This document shows positions 55,839 to 64,000 of a DNA stretch of 64,000 nt, one piece after another. The stretch lies in IMG/VR virus record IMGVR_UViG_3300017917_001194, positions 1 to 64,000 of that record; one strand, 5' to 3'. The position numbers and the translations under genes were made by a program. Position 1 is the stretch's first letter; every line of letters starts with the position of its first letter. The notes beneath the pieces were generated by a model, which saw only the letters and a program-made list of their open reading frames with translations, made no database searches and was not told the DNA's origin. The DNA is from a virus.

Positions 55839-56557
55839 AGTGCGGACAAACTCTTCATGAATCTTAATTTTTCTTCTATACCACGACTACCATGTAGATG
55901 TATAATTTGACATTCCTCTATGTCAACGCCGTTCCACAAGTCTTGTCTCCACATCTCGTTAGGATCCATCCATGGAGCCTGATAGTTTAATTTTGGTAGT
56001 AACACTTCACTTAGTCGTGGCCCTTGATTCCAGAACATATGATTTAAAATAATTTGCTCAGTATCATAACTGTCGAAGTCCCATTCGTTAGCCATTGCTA
56101 ATCCTTGCTCCCAAATGGCAGTTGACATAGTTGCCGGAAAATATCTTACACCGGCATTAAAAAAATGTGAGAATTTTAATTGATATTTGTTAGGTTTGTA
56201 AAACGATCTCGGATCACTAAAATTAAACATCATAAAATGCTGGTACCTATTCCAAATATCAACAGGTGCGATAGCCATTGTATCTGGATCGGTGTAGAGA
56301 ATATTACACGGAGCATTGTCCTTCCAGATTTTATAAATTTCAAAAAATGTTCTATGTAGTCCTTGGTGAATAGTATCATAATTATCAGTAATATAGATAA
56401 ATTCCCATTCGCCTTTAAGGTGCTTCTTAAAACTTGCAAGACTTGTTCTATGGGCTTCTAAATAACAACTGAATAAGTTTGGTTCATTACTCCGATCCCT
56501 AAAGGACCAGTTGGTGCTTTTTAACTCATATAAACTTTTAACTAATATATTTTTCAT
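55835..56557 (-). CDS. Putative GT-A glycosyltransferase
   Basis: YTDPD (DxD), FNAGV, EQIILN, IHLHG. Confidence 0.65.
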   Translation of the reverse strand: MKNILVKSLYELKSTNWSFRDRSNEPNLFSCYLEAHRTSLASFKKHLKGEWEFIYITDNYDTIHQGLHRTFFEIYKIWKDNAPCNILYTDPDTMAIAPVDIWNRYQHFMMFNFSDPRSFYKPNKYQLKFSHFFNAGVRYFPATMSTAIWEQGLAMANEWDFDSYDTEQIILNHMFWNQGPRLSEVLLPKLNYQAPWMDPNEMWRQDLWNGVDIEECQIIHLHGSRGIEEKLRFMKSLSAL

Positions 56558-57297
56558 TTTTTAGGTACCATGTATAACCAGGACATATTGCTAGGACGAC
56601 CTTCATGTACTAATGCCCACTTGTCGCAATCACTTAGTTCTTTAAGAAACTCAAATTGATAAGGATCTTTTGATTTTTGATCAATTTTGTGTATAGTGTG
56701 TGTGTTAATAAATCTTGAGATTAATGTGTCGGTAATGCCAGCAATCATACAATCATGGCACTCAACCAACATAATAGATTTTTGTAAAGATGGCACTTTT
56801 ACAGGATCAAGTAAGTTGATCTCTTCACCTTCACAATCAACAATCAACAGAGGTCTCTCGGGCATGTAAATTTTTGATTCGAGCCATTCACAATTTATAG
56901 ATTTCTCACTTACATCAAGACTTCGAACACTATTTGCCAGAGCATTGTTTATAGTAACAAACATAGCCTTAATATTAATATCAATTGCCAATCCTGGTGT
57001 GTGGGGTAATCTTCTACTAAACCCTACGGCATAGTATCCCTCGGCGCAACCAATGTTAATAAACAAATCAGGTTTCTTTGCGATTGCATCTTCGATCGCT
57101 AGGTGTAATTCATCTTCATAGACACCTAATAATTTTGCCGCAGTATCTCCGTCACCCCAGGAAGTTCTTGGCACAATAGTCATACCTTTAAACGGCCCAG
57201 TTTGTACACGACCGTCGGTGTGATGAAAGATATATGGAATAAGCTCTACACGTCGAGCATTAGCAATATCTTGTAAATGTCTTTCTAGTGCGCTCAT
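56554..57297 (-). CDS. FkbM-like methyltransferase
   Basis: KLLGVYE, NIGCAEGYY, DCEGEE. Confidence 0.75.
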   Translation of the reverse strand: MSALERHLQDIANARRVELIPYIFHHTDGRVQTGPFKGMTIVPRTSWGDGDTAAKLLGVYEDELHLAIEDAIAKKPDLFINIGCAEGYYAVGFSRRLPHTPGLAIDINIKAMFVTINNALANSVRSLDVSEKSINCEWLESKIYMPERPLLIVDCEGEEINLLDPVKVPSLQKSIMLVECHDCMIAGITDTLISRFINTHTIHKIDQKSKDPYQFEFLKELSDCDKWALVHEGRPSNMSWLYMVPKK

Positions 57298-58130
57298 TGT
57301 TTGCCACCTGAAAATTTAACTGTAAAGTGAGCCATTTGTTTGTTAACATCGTTCTCTTTGAGTTTTTGCCAAGGATCTTGTATACCGGCTTTAATGTTTC
57401 GCCAGAATGTAGTATCAAGACCTTGTTTATCCATATATTGGCTCAATAATTCTGTTTCTCTCATGCGTAAATTAATCCAAGCTATGTTGTGGAAATCTTT
57501 TGGATTATTAGGATTACCTTCTAACAACTCCATATGCCTTTCTTGGAAGGTTGGATCATCATTATTACCAGTTAAATCTTTGCGATCATGTGTGACATAC
57601 ACTTCAATGCGTTTCCAAATGTCAAGTTTATATGCAACTTGGCTAAGCCAGGCGTCCGTCAACGGATGTGGACTAAGATAAGTGAGTTGTTCTAACCATG
57701 CCCTCGGAACAATAGGAAAAATACTGTATGGGTGATCTTTGTGGGTGTGTACTGCTAATAATTTAAATTGTCCGGTGTGTTCGGTGATTTTACGATCCCA
57801 CCCGGATGTGTCCATTAGTGCATCATCGTTCCAGAAGAAATACCAATCGGCACTTACTGAATTTGCCAGTGTGTTAATATACTCGTTTAATCGTTGGTAT
57901 CCTAGTGGTTCAAATTCTTGAACTTCATAATCAATGCCCTTATTGTCAAGGTATGGTTGCACATGTTCGTCAAAGTGTTTACGACCGACAGTGTCGTCGT
58001 TGTCAAATGCAAACATAATAATAATATCTTTTATGTCCAGCGCACGATTGACAAGTCCTATTACACTTCTTGCTAGTGCATCTGTTCTTCCCCGTGTGGG
58101 CAATAATACTGCTATTTTATATTCATTCAT
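57294..58130 (-). CDS. GT2-like glycosyltransferase
   Basis: VLLPTRGR, FDNDD, WNDD. Confidence 0.7.
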   Translation of the reverse strand: MNEYKIAVLLPTRGRTDALARSVIGLVNRALDIKDIIIMFAFDNDDTVGRKHFDEHVQPYLDNKGIDYEVQEFEPLGYQRLNEYINTLANSVSADWYFFWNDDALMDTSGWDRKITEHTGQFKLLAVHTHKDHPYSIFPIVPRAWLEQLTYLSPHPLTDAWLSQVAYKLDIWKRIEVYVTHDRKDLTGNNDDPTFQERHMELLEGNPNNPKDFHNIAWINLRMRETELLSQYMDKQGLDTTFWRNIKAGIQDPWQKLKENDVNKQMAHFTVKFSGGKQ

Positions 58131-59275
58131 GATGTTCTTTCTGAAATTACTTTTACTTTACCAGCGGCATGTCTAGCAGTTTCTAAAGCATTATCACCCG
58201 AAGCTAGAACCACCCCCATTCTACGATATGGACGAGTAGTAGGTTTACCAAAGATTCTAACATCTACATTCGGCACAGACAATGCATCTTCAACACCAGT
58301 GTATTTAGGTGCAATACCGTCCCGGTCTGCTAAAATAACGGCGCTGGCACCTTCACGCGAAGTAATCACCGGAATAGGCAATCCTAATATAGCACGAGCA
58401 TGTAAATCAAACTCAGTTAAATTTTGACTAATCAGTGTAACCATACCAGTGTCGTGAGGGCGTGGGCTTAGTTCACTAAAAATAACTTCGTCTTTAGTAA
58501 CAAAGAATTCAACACCAAAGATGCCCGAGCCTCCAAGATCATCTGTAATAGTTTTAGCCATGTGTTGTGCGATAGCGATATGCTCAGGTTTCATTGTTTG
58601 TGGTTGCCAACTGTACTGATAATCGCCACGTTCCTGTACATGACCAATAGGATCGCAATACAATGTGGTGCCATCTTGTTGACGAATAGTTAACAGAGTA
58701 ATTTCAAACTCGAAGTTGATAAACTCCTCTACAATAACTTTCTTTCTGTCTCCACGCATGTTAGCACAAGCATAGTCCCAGCTTTTAATAATATCTTCTG
58801 GATTGTGTACTACACTTTGACCTTTACCTGAGCTGCTCATAACAGGTTTAACTACAACAGGAAATCCAATGTCATTTGCTTTTAGAGCAAGTTCTTCGCC
58901 AGTCTCAGCATATTCAAATCTTGCTGTACGTAACCCGAGACTCTTGGCATTGTCACGAATCCGATCTCTATTCATAGTTAGATTAACTGCTCTGGCACTA
59001 GGAACAATATGTTTACCTTGTGCTTCTAACTCAACTAATAGTTCAGTTCTAATTGCCTCAATCTCTGGTACAATTAAATCAGGATTATAGTATTCGATTA
59101 CTCGTTGTAGTTCACTTGCATCTAACATATCGCAAACAGTATTATAATCTGCAACTTGCATGGCAGGAGCATTTGGATAACTGTCCACGGCGATAACAGT
59201 ACAACCGAGTCTCTTGGCACTGATAACAAATTCCTTACCTAGTTCTCCCGAACCTAACAACAATATAGTTTTCAT
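58127..59275 (-). CDS. purT: Formate-dependent GAR transformylase
   Basis: LLGSGELGKE, APAMQVA, PEIEAI, KPVMSSSGKGQS, SELSPRPHDTG, RRMGV. Confidence 0.95.
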   Translation of the reverse strand: MKTILLLGSGELGKEFVISAKRLGCTVIAVDSYPNAPAMQVADYNTVCDMLDASELQRVIEYYNPDLIVPEIEAIRTELLVELEAQGKHIVPSARAVNLTMNRDRIRDNAKSLGLRTARFEYAETGEELALKANDIGFPVVVKPVMSSSGKGQSVVHNPEDIIKSWDYACANMRGDRKKVIVEEFINFEFEITLLTIRQQDGTTLYCDPIGHVQERGDYQYSWQPQTMKPEHIAIAQHMAKTITDDLGGSGIFGVEFFVTKDEVIFSELSPRPHDTGMVTLISQNLTEFDLHARAILGLPIPVITSREGASAVILADRDGIAPKYTGVEDALSVPNVDVRIFGKPTTRPYRRMGVVLASGDNALETARHAAGKVKVISERTS

Positions 59276-59775
59276 GCAAATAAATCCTCATCCCATATAC
59301 GATGTCCTTCACGGAATGCCATATTGCTTTGAGTTTCTCTAACTTCAACCCTAAAACACCACAATCGTTCGGCTTCACTTGGACCCCACATGTCTGGAAT
59401 GTATACACCATTAACATATTTGTACAACTGATCTGCTAGACCTTCACAACCAAGTTTTGGTAGGATAGTTAGTTTAGCAAGATTACGACGTTCCATTTCC
59501 TTGTAAAACTCAAGCTCTGGGTCATCTTCTGCTACTAACAATGTATGATCAAATTGACTTTCTAGTACGTTCTTAAGTTCTTTGAGACCACCGTAGTCGG
59601 CTGCCCAATTACGTACATCCAAATCATCTGTGCCAAAATAGAACTTCATTGAAAAACTGTAACCGTGAATTAGGTTACAGTGACTGTCGGCACGCCATTG
59701 GCGATAAGCACAAGGGAAAGCATCATGATACTCTTTGGTGCTCACATACTTGTATTGAACTGGTAGATATGACAT
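59272..59775 (-). CDS. queD: 6-carboxy-tetrahydropterin synthase (QueD/PTPS)
   Basis: HCNLIHGY, DYGGLK, FDH, E.LA, VRET. Confidence 0.85.
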   Translation of the reverse strand: MSYLPVQYKYVSTKEYHDAFPCAYRQWRADSHCNLIHGYSFSMKFYFGTDDLDVRNWAADYGGLKELKNVLESQFDHTLLVAEDDPELEFYKEMERRNLAKLTILPKLGCEGLADQLYKYVNGVYIPDMWGPSEAERLWCFRVEVRETQSNMAFREGHRIWDEDLFA

Positions 59776-59795
59776 ATTATTCTCCTAAGTTAAAT

Positions 59796-59850
59796 TGTAA
59801 CATAGGCTTGCAGAATTTGTAAAGCGGGATGAATGCCGAAAAGGCCGCTG
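59796..59850 (-). promoter_or_regulatory. Candidate preQ1-I-like leader RNA upstream of queD
   Basis: AGCGG...CATC-CCGCT stem followed by TTACAAATT tail; TAAATA at 59860-59865. Confidence 0.45.
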
Positions 59851-59862
59851 TTGAGTTGATAT

Positions 59863-61875
59863 TTATTCAATTAGTTTTATAGTTCTACTAAATTTACTAT
59901 CAGCCAAACTAATTGCCTGATAAAAGTATTGTTCGTACTGTTTGAGTGGGGTTGCTTGGTGTTGATGCCATGTAATGTCTTGGTAAGTTTGGTTAACAAA
60001 AATTGTTTGATCGTTAATTTGATATGTGTACGATCCTCGATTTAATTGCTTGATTTTGAAATAGGTGAGCCAATCATACTCTGTATCAAACTCTCGGCCA
60101 AGATTAGGGTTATATTCCGAATCCAATACTCCATTCCGTAAGTAAATACCAAGATCTGATATAATAGGATCGTTAAGCCTCTTCGCTAAGTCATTGCATA
60201 ATTTACTATAAAATAATTGTGCGTTGGTTAATGCAACAAATGCGAAATACGTTCTGGGTGGTAAAAGTATCGGGAAATCAGGATGGTAGTCGATTCCGTG
60301 TTGAGTAAATGTAACATCGTGTACCCATTGATGAATGGTCTGGTATCCTAATGCAAATAACTTTTCTAACACATCTTCGTTAGATAATTTGGGTTTGACA
60401 TAATTTTTATAGATAAAATCTTGAACAAACGATGGCTCCATATGATGTGTATCTTTAATATATCTACAAAGCATAGCATTAACACCAGTGTAATCATTTG
60501 CAAATGCTAGACCGTTAACAAGATACATGTCCACCCATTCATCCTTGGTATAGCTATAAGTTTCCACAACGCTTTCAACTGTTGGATTGTTCCAAGTGTG
60601 TGAGTTAAAGATTGCTGGATGAATTTCAAATTCTTCCTTTACTAACCAAGACTCGGTTGACATCATCTTAGGAACCGTTTGAATCTTAAATTGTTCTCTC
60701 ATCTCAGGACTAAACGCTGGAGTCTCGGGTAATAATATCCATGTGTTTGGTCTAGCCGCACTGAGATTATTATTAACCAGGATGTCAATTTGATTAAGAG
60801 TTTTTTGATAATTATCGCCTGGTAGTCCAGCAATAATTTCAACTTTAACCGGTAACTCTGGAAACTTTGATCGCAAATAGTTAACACTAGCAATTTGTTT
60901 TTCTATAGGTGGATCTATGCGTTCAACATTATTTTTAATTTCTTCATCTATTGCTTGAACTGAAATTTTGTGGTGATCTAGTAAACCTTGTTCGGCTAGA
61001 AGTTCTTTAATTTTAGTAGTTCTTGCCAGGTGATTTTTAGCATTCTCGGTAACAACAGTTTTTGGGTAACCATATTTTTTTGCAACATCAACAATATGTT
61101 CGGTTATAGCAACATCAATTTCATAAATTCCAAAGTTAGCATCAAGGGTTGAAAACAATTTTACTTTGTTCGCACCGATCCATTCAATCTCATCAAGTAC
61201 AATATCAAATGGTTTTTTAACTACTTTGGTGTATGTTCCGCCACCCCAATCACAATAGATACATTTATAAGGGCATCCCCGAGACGTTTCGATTGATCCA
61301 TACATAAATTGACCAGCGTATGGTAGAAGATATTTTTCTTGAGCCTTATAGATGTTATTGGGCCACTTGAAAGATTTTTTTTCGATTCCTAATTTACTAA
61401 AGCATCGATTTTTATCTTTGTCGGCATAGTAGATGTATGGAATTTTTTCGTAATCAGTAATAGGAAAATAATCAAGTATTTCTTTGAATACTATTTCACC
61501 GTATGCATCACTTGGAACAACAATGTCCACCCAGGGCTTTTCTTTAAAAAAATTTTCATTGTATTTGATGTGGGGTTGTGGGCCACCGTAAACAATTAAA
61601 CAATTAGGATATTGATTTTTTACCTCTTCGGCTACTTCGTCAAAAAAAGATTCATTCCAGACGTACACACTAAAACCAAATATGTCCGGTGGCGCCTTTT
61701 GACATTCATTGAGAATCTCTTCTTTAGATCTATAATCAGCGATCCATGGGTCGGCCCACTGATATTCAGTATGTTTACTACTGTTTTCTTCGAAGTAAGT
61801 TTTAAGGCTACACCAGAGCAGAGGAAGAGTTAACTCGGCAAATGAGTGTTTATTTGCCACATACACATTTTTCAT
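59863..61875 (-). CDS. B12-binding-like radical SAM protein
   Basis: FSVYVWN, YGGP, TSRGCPYKCIYCDW, DANFG, IAGLPG. Confidence 0.85.
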   Translation of the reverse strand: MKNVYVANKHSFAELTLPLLWCSLKTYFEENSSKHTEYQWADPWIADYRSKEEILNECQKAPPDIFGFSVYVWNESFFDEVAEEVKNQYPNCLIVYGGPQPHIKYNENFFKEKPWVDIVVPSDAYGEIVFKEILDYFPITDYEKIPYIYYADKDKNRCFSKLGIEKKSFKWPNNIYKAQEKYLLPYAGQFMYGSIETSRGCPYKCIYCDWGGGTYTKVVKKPFDIVLDEIEWIGANKVKLFSTLDANFGIYEIDVAITEHIVDVAKKYGYPKTVVTENAKNHLARTTKIKELLAEQGLLDHHKISVQAIDEEIKNNVERIDPPIEKQIASVNYLRSKFPELPVKVEIIAGLPGDNYQKTLNQIDILVNNNLSAARPNTWILLPETPAFSPEMREQFKIQTVPKMMSTESWLVKEEFEIHPAIFNSHTWNNPTVESVVETYSYTKDEWVDMYLVNGLAFANDYTGVNAMLCRYIKDTHHMEPSFVQDFIYKNYVKPKLSNEDVLEKLFALGYQTIHQWVHDVTFTQHGIDYHPDFPILLPPRTYFAFVALTNAQLFYSKLCNDLAKRLNDPIISDLGIYLRNGVLDSEYNPNLGREFDTEYDWLTYFKIKQLNRGSYTYQINDQTIFVNQTYQDITWHQHQATPLKQYEQYFYQAISLADSKFSRTIKLIE

Positions 61876-61882
61876 ATTATGA

Positions 61883-62029
61883 CTACTTATTACTAAGCAG
61901 TTCAGATATCAATAAAGCACCGGACCACGAGGCAGAACTTAACCAGCCCCAAAATGCTGGGTCGTTGTCTATGTTTAAAAATATGTTAGCAACGCTAGAG
62001 ATTACACCAAGTAATAATACCACTTTCAT
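61883..62029 (-). CDS. Small membrane protein (48 aa)
   Basis: Manually translated MKVVLLLGVISSVANIFL...; ATGA overlap with HIT gene. Confidence 0.5.
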   Translation of the reverse strand: MKVVLLLGVISSVANIFLNIDNDPAFWGWLSSASWSGALLISELLSNK

Positions 62030-62415
62030 CGTTTGTATTTTCCTTTGCCCGGAATAGTGTTACGCACACCACCTGTTGGATCTTTAACATCACCCTTGCG
62101 ACGTGGGATCAAATGTATGTGTGGCCAGCCTATTGTTTGTCCGGCAGCTTCGCCGTAGTTCATACCAATGTTAAATCCATCCCACTGACCTAGTTCCACC
62201 ATCTTCTTGCCATAACGTACAGCATCTTCAAATGCATCAGTGAGCACACCAAAGGTATTGTACTTAGGCACAAATAATAAATGTCCATCAGTTACTGGAT
62301 ATTTGTCGTTGAACACCTTAACGTGATAATCTTCACTTAGAACCAAGTCCCAGGGAGCATCGCTATCATCGATGATGTCAGGTTGTGTTTCGAATATACA
62401 TTCTTTGCGTGACAT
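62026..62415 (-). CDS. HIT-family nucleotide hydrolase
   Basis: YPVTDGHLLFVP, AAGQT..PHIHLIPR. Confidence 0.9.
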   Translation of the reverse strand: MSRKECIFETQPDIIDDSDAPWDLVLSEDYHVKVFNDKYPVTDGHLLFVPKYNTFGVLTDAFEDAVRYGKKMVELGQWDGFNIGMNYGEAAGQTIGWPHIHLIPRRKGDVKDPTGGVRNTIPGKGKYKR

Positions 62416-62417
62416 GA

Positions 62418-63113
62418 TTACCTTGGAGCAAATTCTTGCTGTAGTTTGATATTGTCCATAAACTCTTTCTTAACTGCTGGATCTGTTTTAAACACACCAG
62501 TTAATACAGTAGTTTGGGTTAAACTAGAGTGTGCCATAATGCCGCGATTTTCACAACAACCATGTGTGGCTTGAATGTACACGCCTACGTTTTCACTAGC
62601 AGTTGCCTTCATGATCTCTCTGGCAATATCATTACATAGTTCCTCTTGTAACGTGCCACGTCTAGCACACCATTGAGCTATTCGTGTATATTTAGAAAGG
62701 CCAATGAGTTTATGAGCGGCGATGATACCGATGTAGGCAACGCCAGAAACTGGCTGATGATGATGAGAACACATAGAACGAAGCTCGCTCCTAACCACCA
62801 ACATCCCGTCATAGCGGTCTTCAGAATCATTTGGGAAAGCTGTTGCATCTGGTGCTGGATCATATCTACCTGCCATTATTTCGTTAAAGTACATCTTGGC
62901 CAAACGACGTGCTGTGCCTTTACTGTTAGGATCGTCTTCACGATCAATTAACAGTGTGTCCAATACATTTTCAAATGCCACAGTGGCTTCATCAATAAGT
63001 TGTGCCTTTTGTTCTTCTGTAACATAATCACTAATGTTATCGCCAGCCCAGAAGCGTTTGCCTCCTGCTCGCATTTGTTCTCTTAATACTTGTGCTAAGT
63101 TTTTTTCTGCCAT
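62418..63113 (-). CDS. folE: GTP cyclohydrolase I
   Basis: SMCSHHH, GLSK..R, LQE, HGCCENRG. Confidence 0.93.
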   Translation of the reverse strand: MAEKNLAQVLREQMRAGGKRFWAGDNISDYVTEEQKAQLIDEATVAFENVLDTLLIDREDDPNSKGTARRLAKMYFNEIMAGRYDPAPDATAFPNDSEDRYDGMLVVRSELRSMCSHHHQPVSGVAYIGIIAAHKLIGLSKYTRIAQWCARRGTLQEELCNDIAREIMKATASENVGVYIQATHGCCENRGIMAHSSLTQTTVLTGVFKTDPAVKKEFMDNIKLQQEFAPR

Positions 63114-63166
63114 TTATTTCTCCGAGTTATAAGTCGTGGATGACTTTGTTTAATTGTACGTAATAT

Positions 63167-63709
63167 TTAGACCTGTGTCAATAGGAATCCAGATATTTGC
63201 ATTGTATATTTGTCCTGGAATCCAGCGTTAGAACTTACATGCAATATATCACTGCTCCATATAAACCCATCGCCAGCTTTCCAATTTGTGCTAGTTTCAA
63301 ACTTATCATTTAATTGGTATTGTAAGAATTGCCCCATTTTATAATCTTCAAGGTAGATGTTTGCTCGCACTTTAGTTTCGGTGCGGTTTGGGTATTGTTG
63401 TCCAATTTAGAAGAACGTGTCTCTATGAAACGGGACAACACAACCTGGCGGTTGTTTAATAGTAGATACTGTAATTACTTCCATGTTTAACTGGCGTCCT
63501 AACTCTTGATAGTCGAGTTGTGTGTCATTCCACCAAAGTTGATGTATCTTAGTATTGTGAATATTGTAGCTTTTAGGAAAGCCACCGTATTGTTCGTGAA
63601 TATCTGTAAGCTCGTACACTTGGTGTTTAATACAGCTACCACTGTGTACAGAGTAATCAGCAATAAGAAGAGGTGTAAAATCAAAATCAAGATGAACCGG
63701 TTTAAACAT
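63167..63709 (-). pseudogene. 2OG-Fe(II) oxygenase-like gene interrupted by in-frame TAA
   Basis: ORFs 63407-63709 and 63167-63370 share one frame: PFHRDTFF*IGQQYPNRTETKVRANIYL...LHVSSNAG. Confidence 0.7.
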
Positions 63710-63711
63710 TG

Positions 63712-64000
63712 TTAGTCCTTTATTATAATATTTCTGCAGTCTGGGTATTCAACATATTTAGGTTGTTCATTTACCTTGGGTAATAATTTAAGTCCAAGTT
63801 CCGCTTCTTCTATAGTAGGTTTATAGTGATAGCCTATCCGAAATGTTAATTGTTCTTGCCACGGCGTTATCTTAAGGTCTCTACCATCATAACGCATCAT
63901 GCTTAACTGATCATAAACCTCTACGTCATCAGTAAGTATAGCACCACCTCGGCCTATTTGTAAAGGTTTTCCATTGCCAAAACTCAAACATTGTAATTGT
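63712..64000 (-). CDS. C-terminal part of a DegT-like PLP aminotransferase (starts beyond window)
   Basis: CLSFGNGKPLQIGRGGAILTDD. Confidence 0.7.
   Translation of the reverse strand, partial: QLQCLSFGNGKPLQIGRGGAILTDDVEVYDQLSMMRYDGRDLKITPWQEQLTFRIGYHYKPTIEEAELGLKLLPKVNEQPKYVEYPDCRNIIIKD

Noticed and set aside
654-63715. Numerous 60-150 aa ORFs antisense or out-of-frame within long genes
   Set aside because: Shadow ORFs fully inside well-supported genes, with no motifs or RBS.
1-64000. Genome-wide stop-codon reassignment (TAG/TGA recoding)
   Set aside because: Genes are full-length in code 11, all three stops terminate recognisable proteins (thyX ends in TAG), and no suppressor tRNA was found.
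1-64000. CRISPR array, integrase or IS element
   Set aside because: No regularly spaced direct repeats, cas, integrase or transposase genes seen.

Overview
A 64-kb segment of a large (jumbo-type) tailed phage genome, AT-rich and gene-dense. It carries both host sigma70-type promoters (TTGAC-N17-TATAAT) and T4-like late TAAATA promoters. The phage-encoded porin suggests a betaproteobacterial host (inference). Layout: (1) 1-17.7 kb, a radical-SAM, glycan-modification and sugar-nucleotide cluster plus thyX, invaded by homing endonucleases; (2) 18-29 kb, early genes with a MoxR-type AAA+ ATPase and a vWA/metallopeptidase bracketing a porin and 13 small paralogues that share a C-terminal motif; (3) 29-35.6 kb, a B12-radical SAM, ADP-heptose enzymes, ahpC/ahpD and hydroxylases; (4) 35.6-47 kb, a translation-support island with 26 tRNA/tRNA-like genes, a permuted two-piece tmRNA, candidate ncRNAs and HNH genes; (5) 47-64 kb, RNase H, nadE, folE/queD/queE, purT and glycosyl/methyltransferases. 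Best new candidate system: the tRNA operon is headed by a near-consensus sigma70 promoter and a 38-codon leader peptide containing all 20 amino acids (33 different codons), which overlaps a mutually exclusive antiterminator/terminator. This looks like a pan-tRNA starvation attenuator. Inside the same operon, a basic ArfA-like micro-ORF reads into tRNA-Lys, so RNase P processing would leave a non-stop mRNA, in a genome that also encodes tmRNA. All calls were made by eye; no database search or folding program was run.
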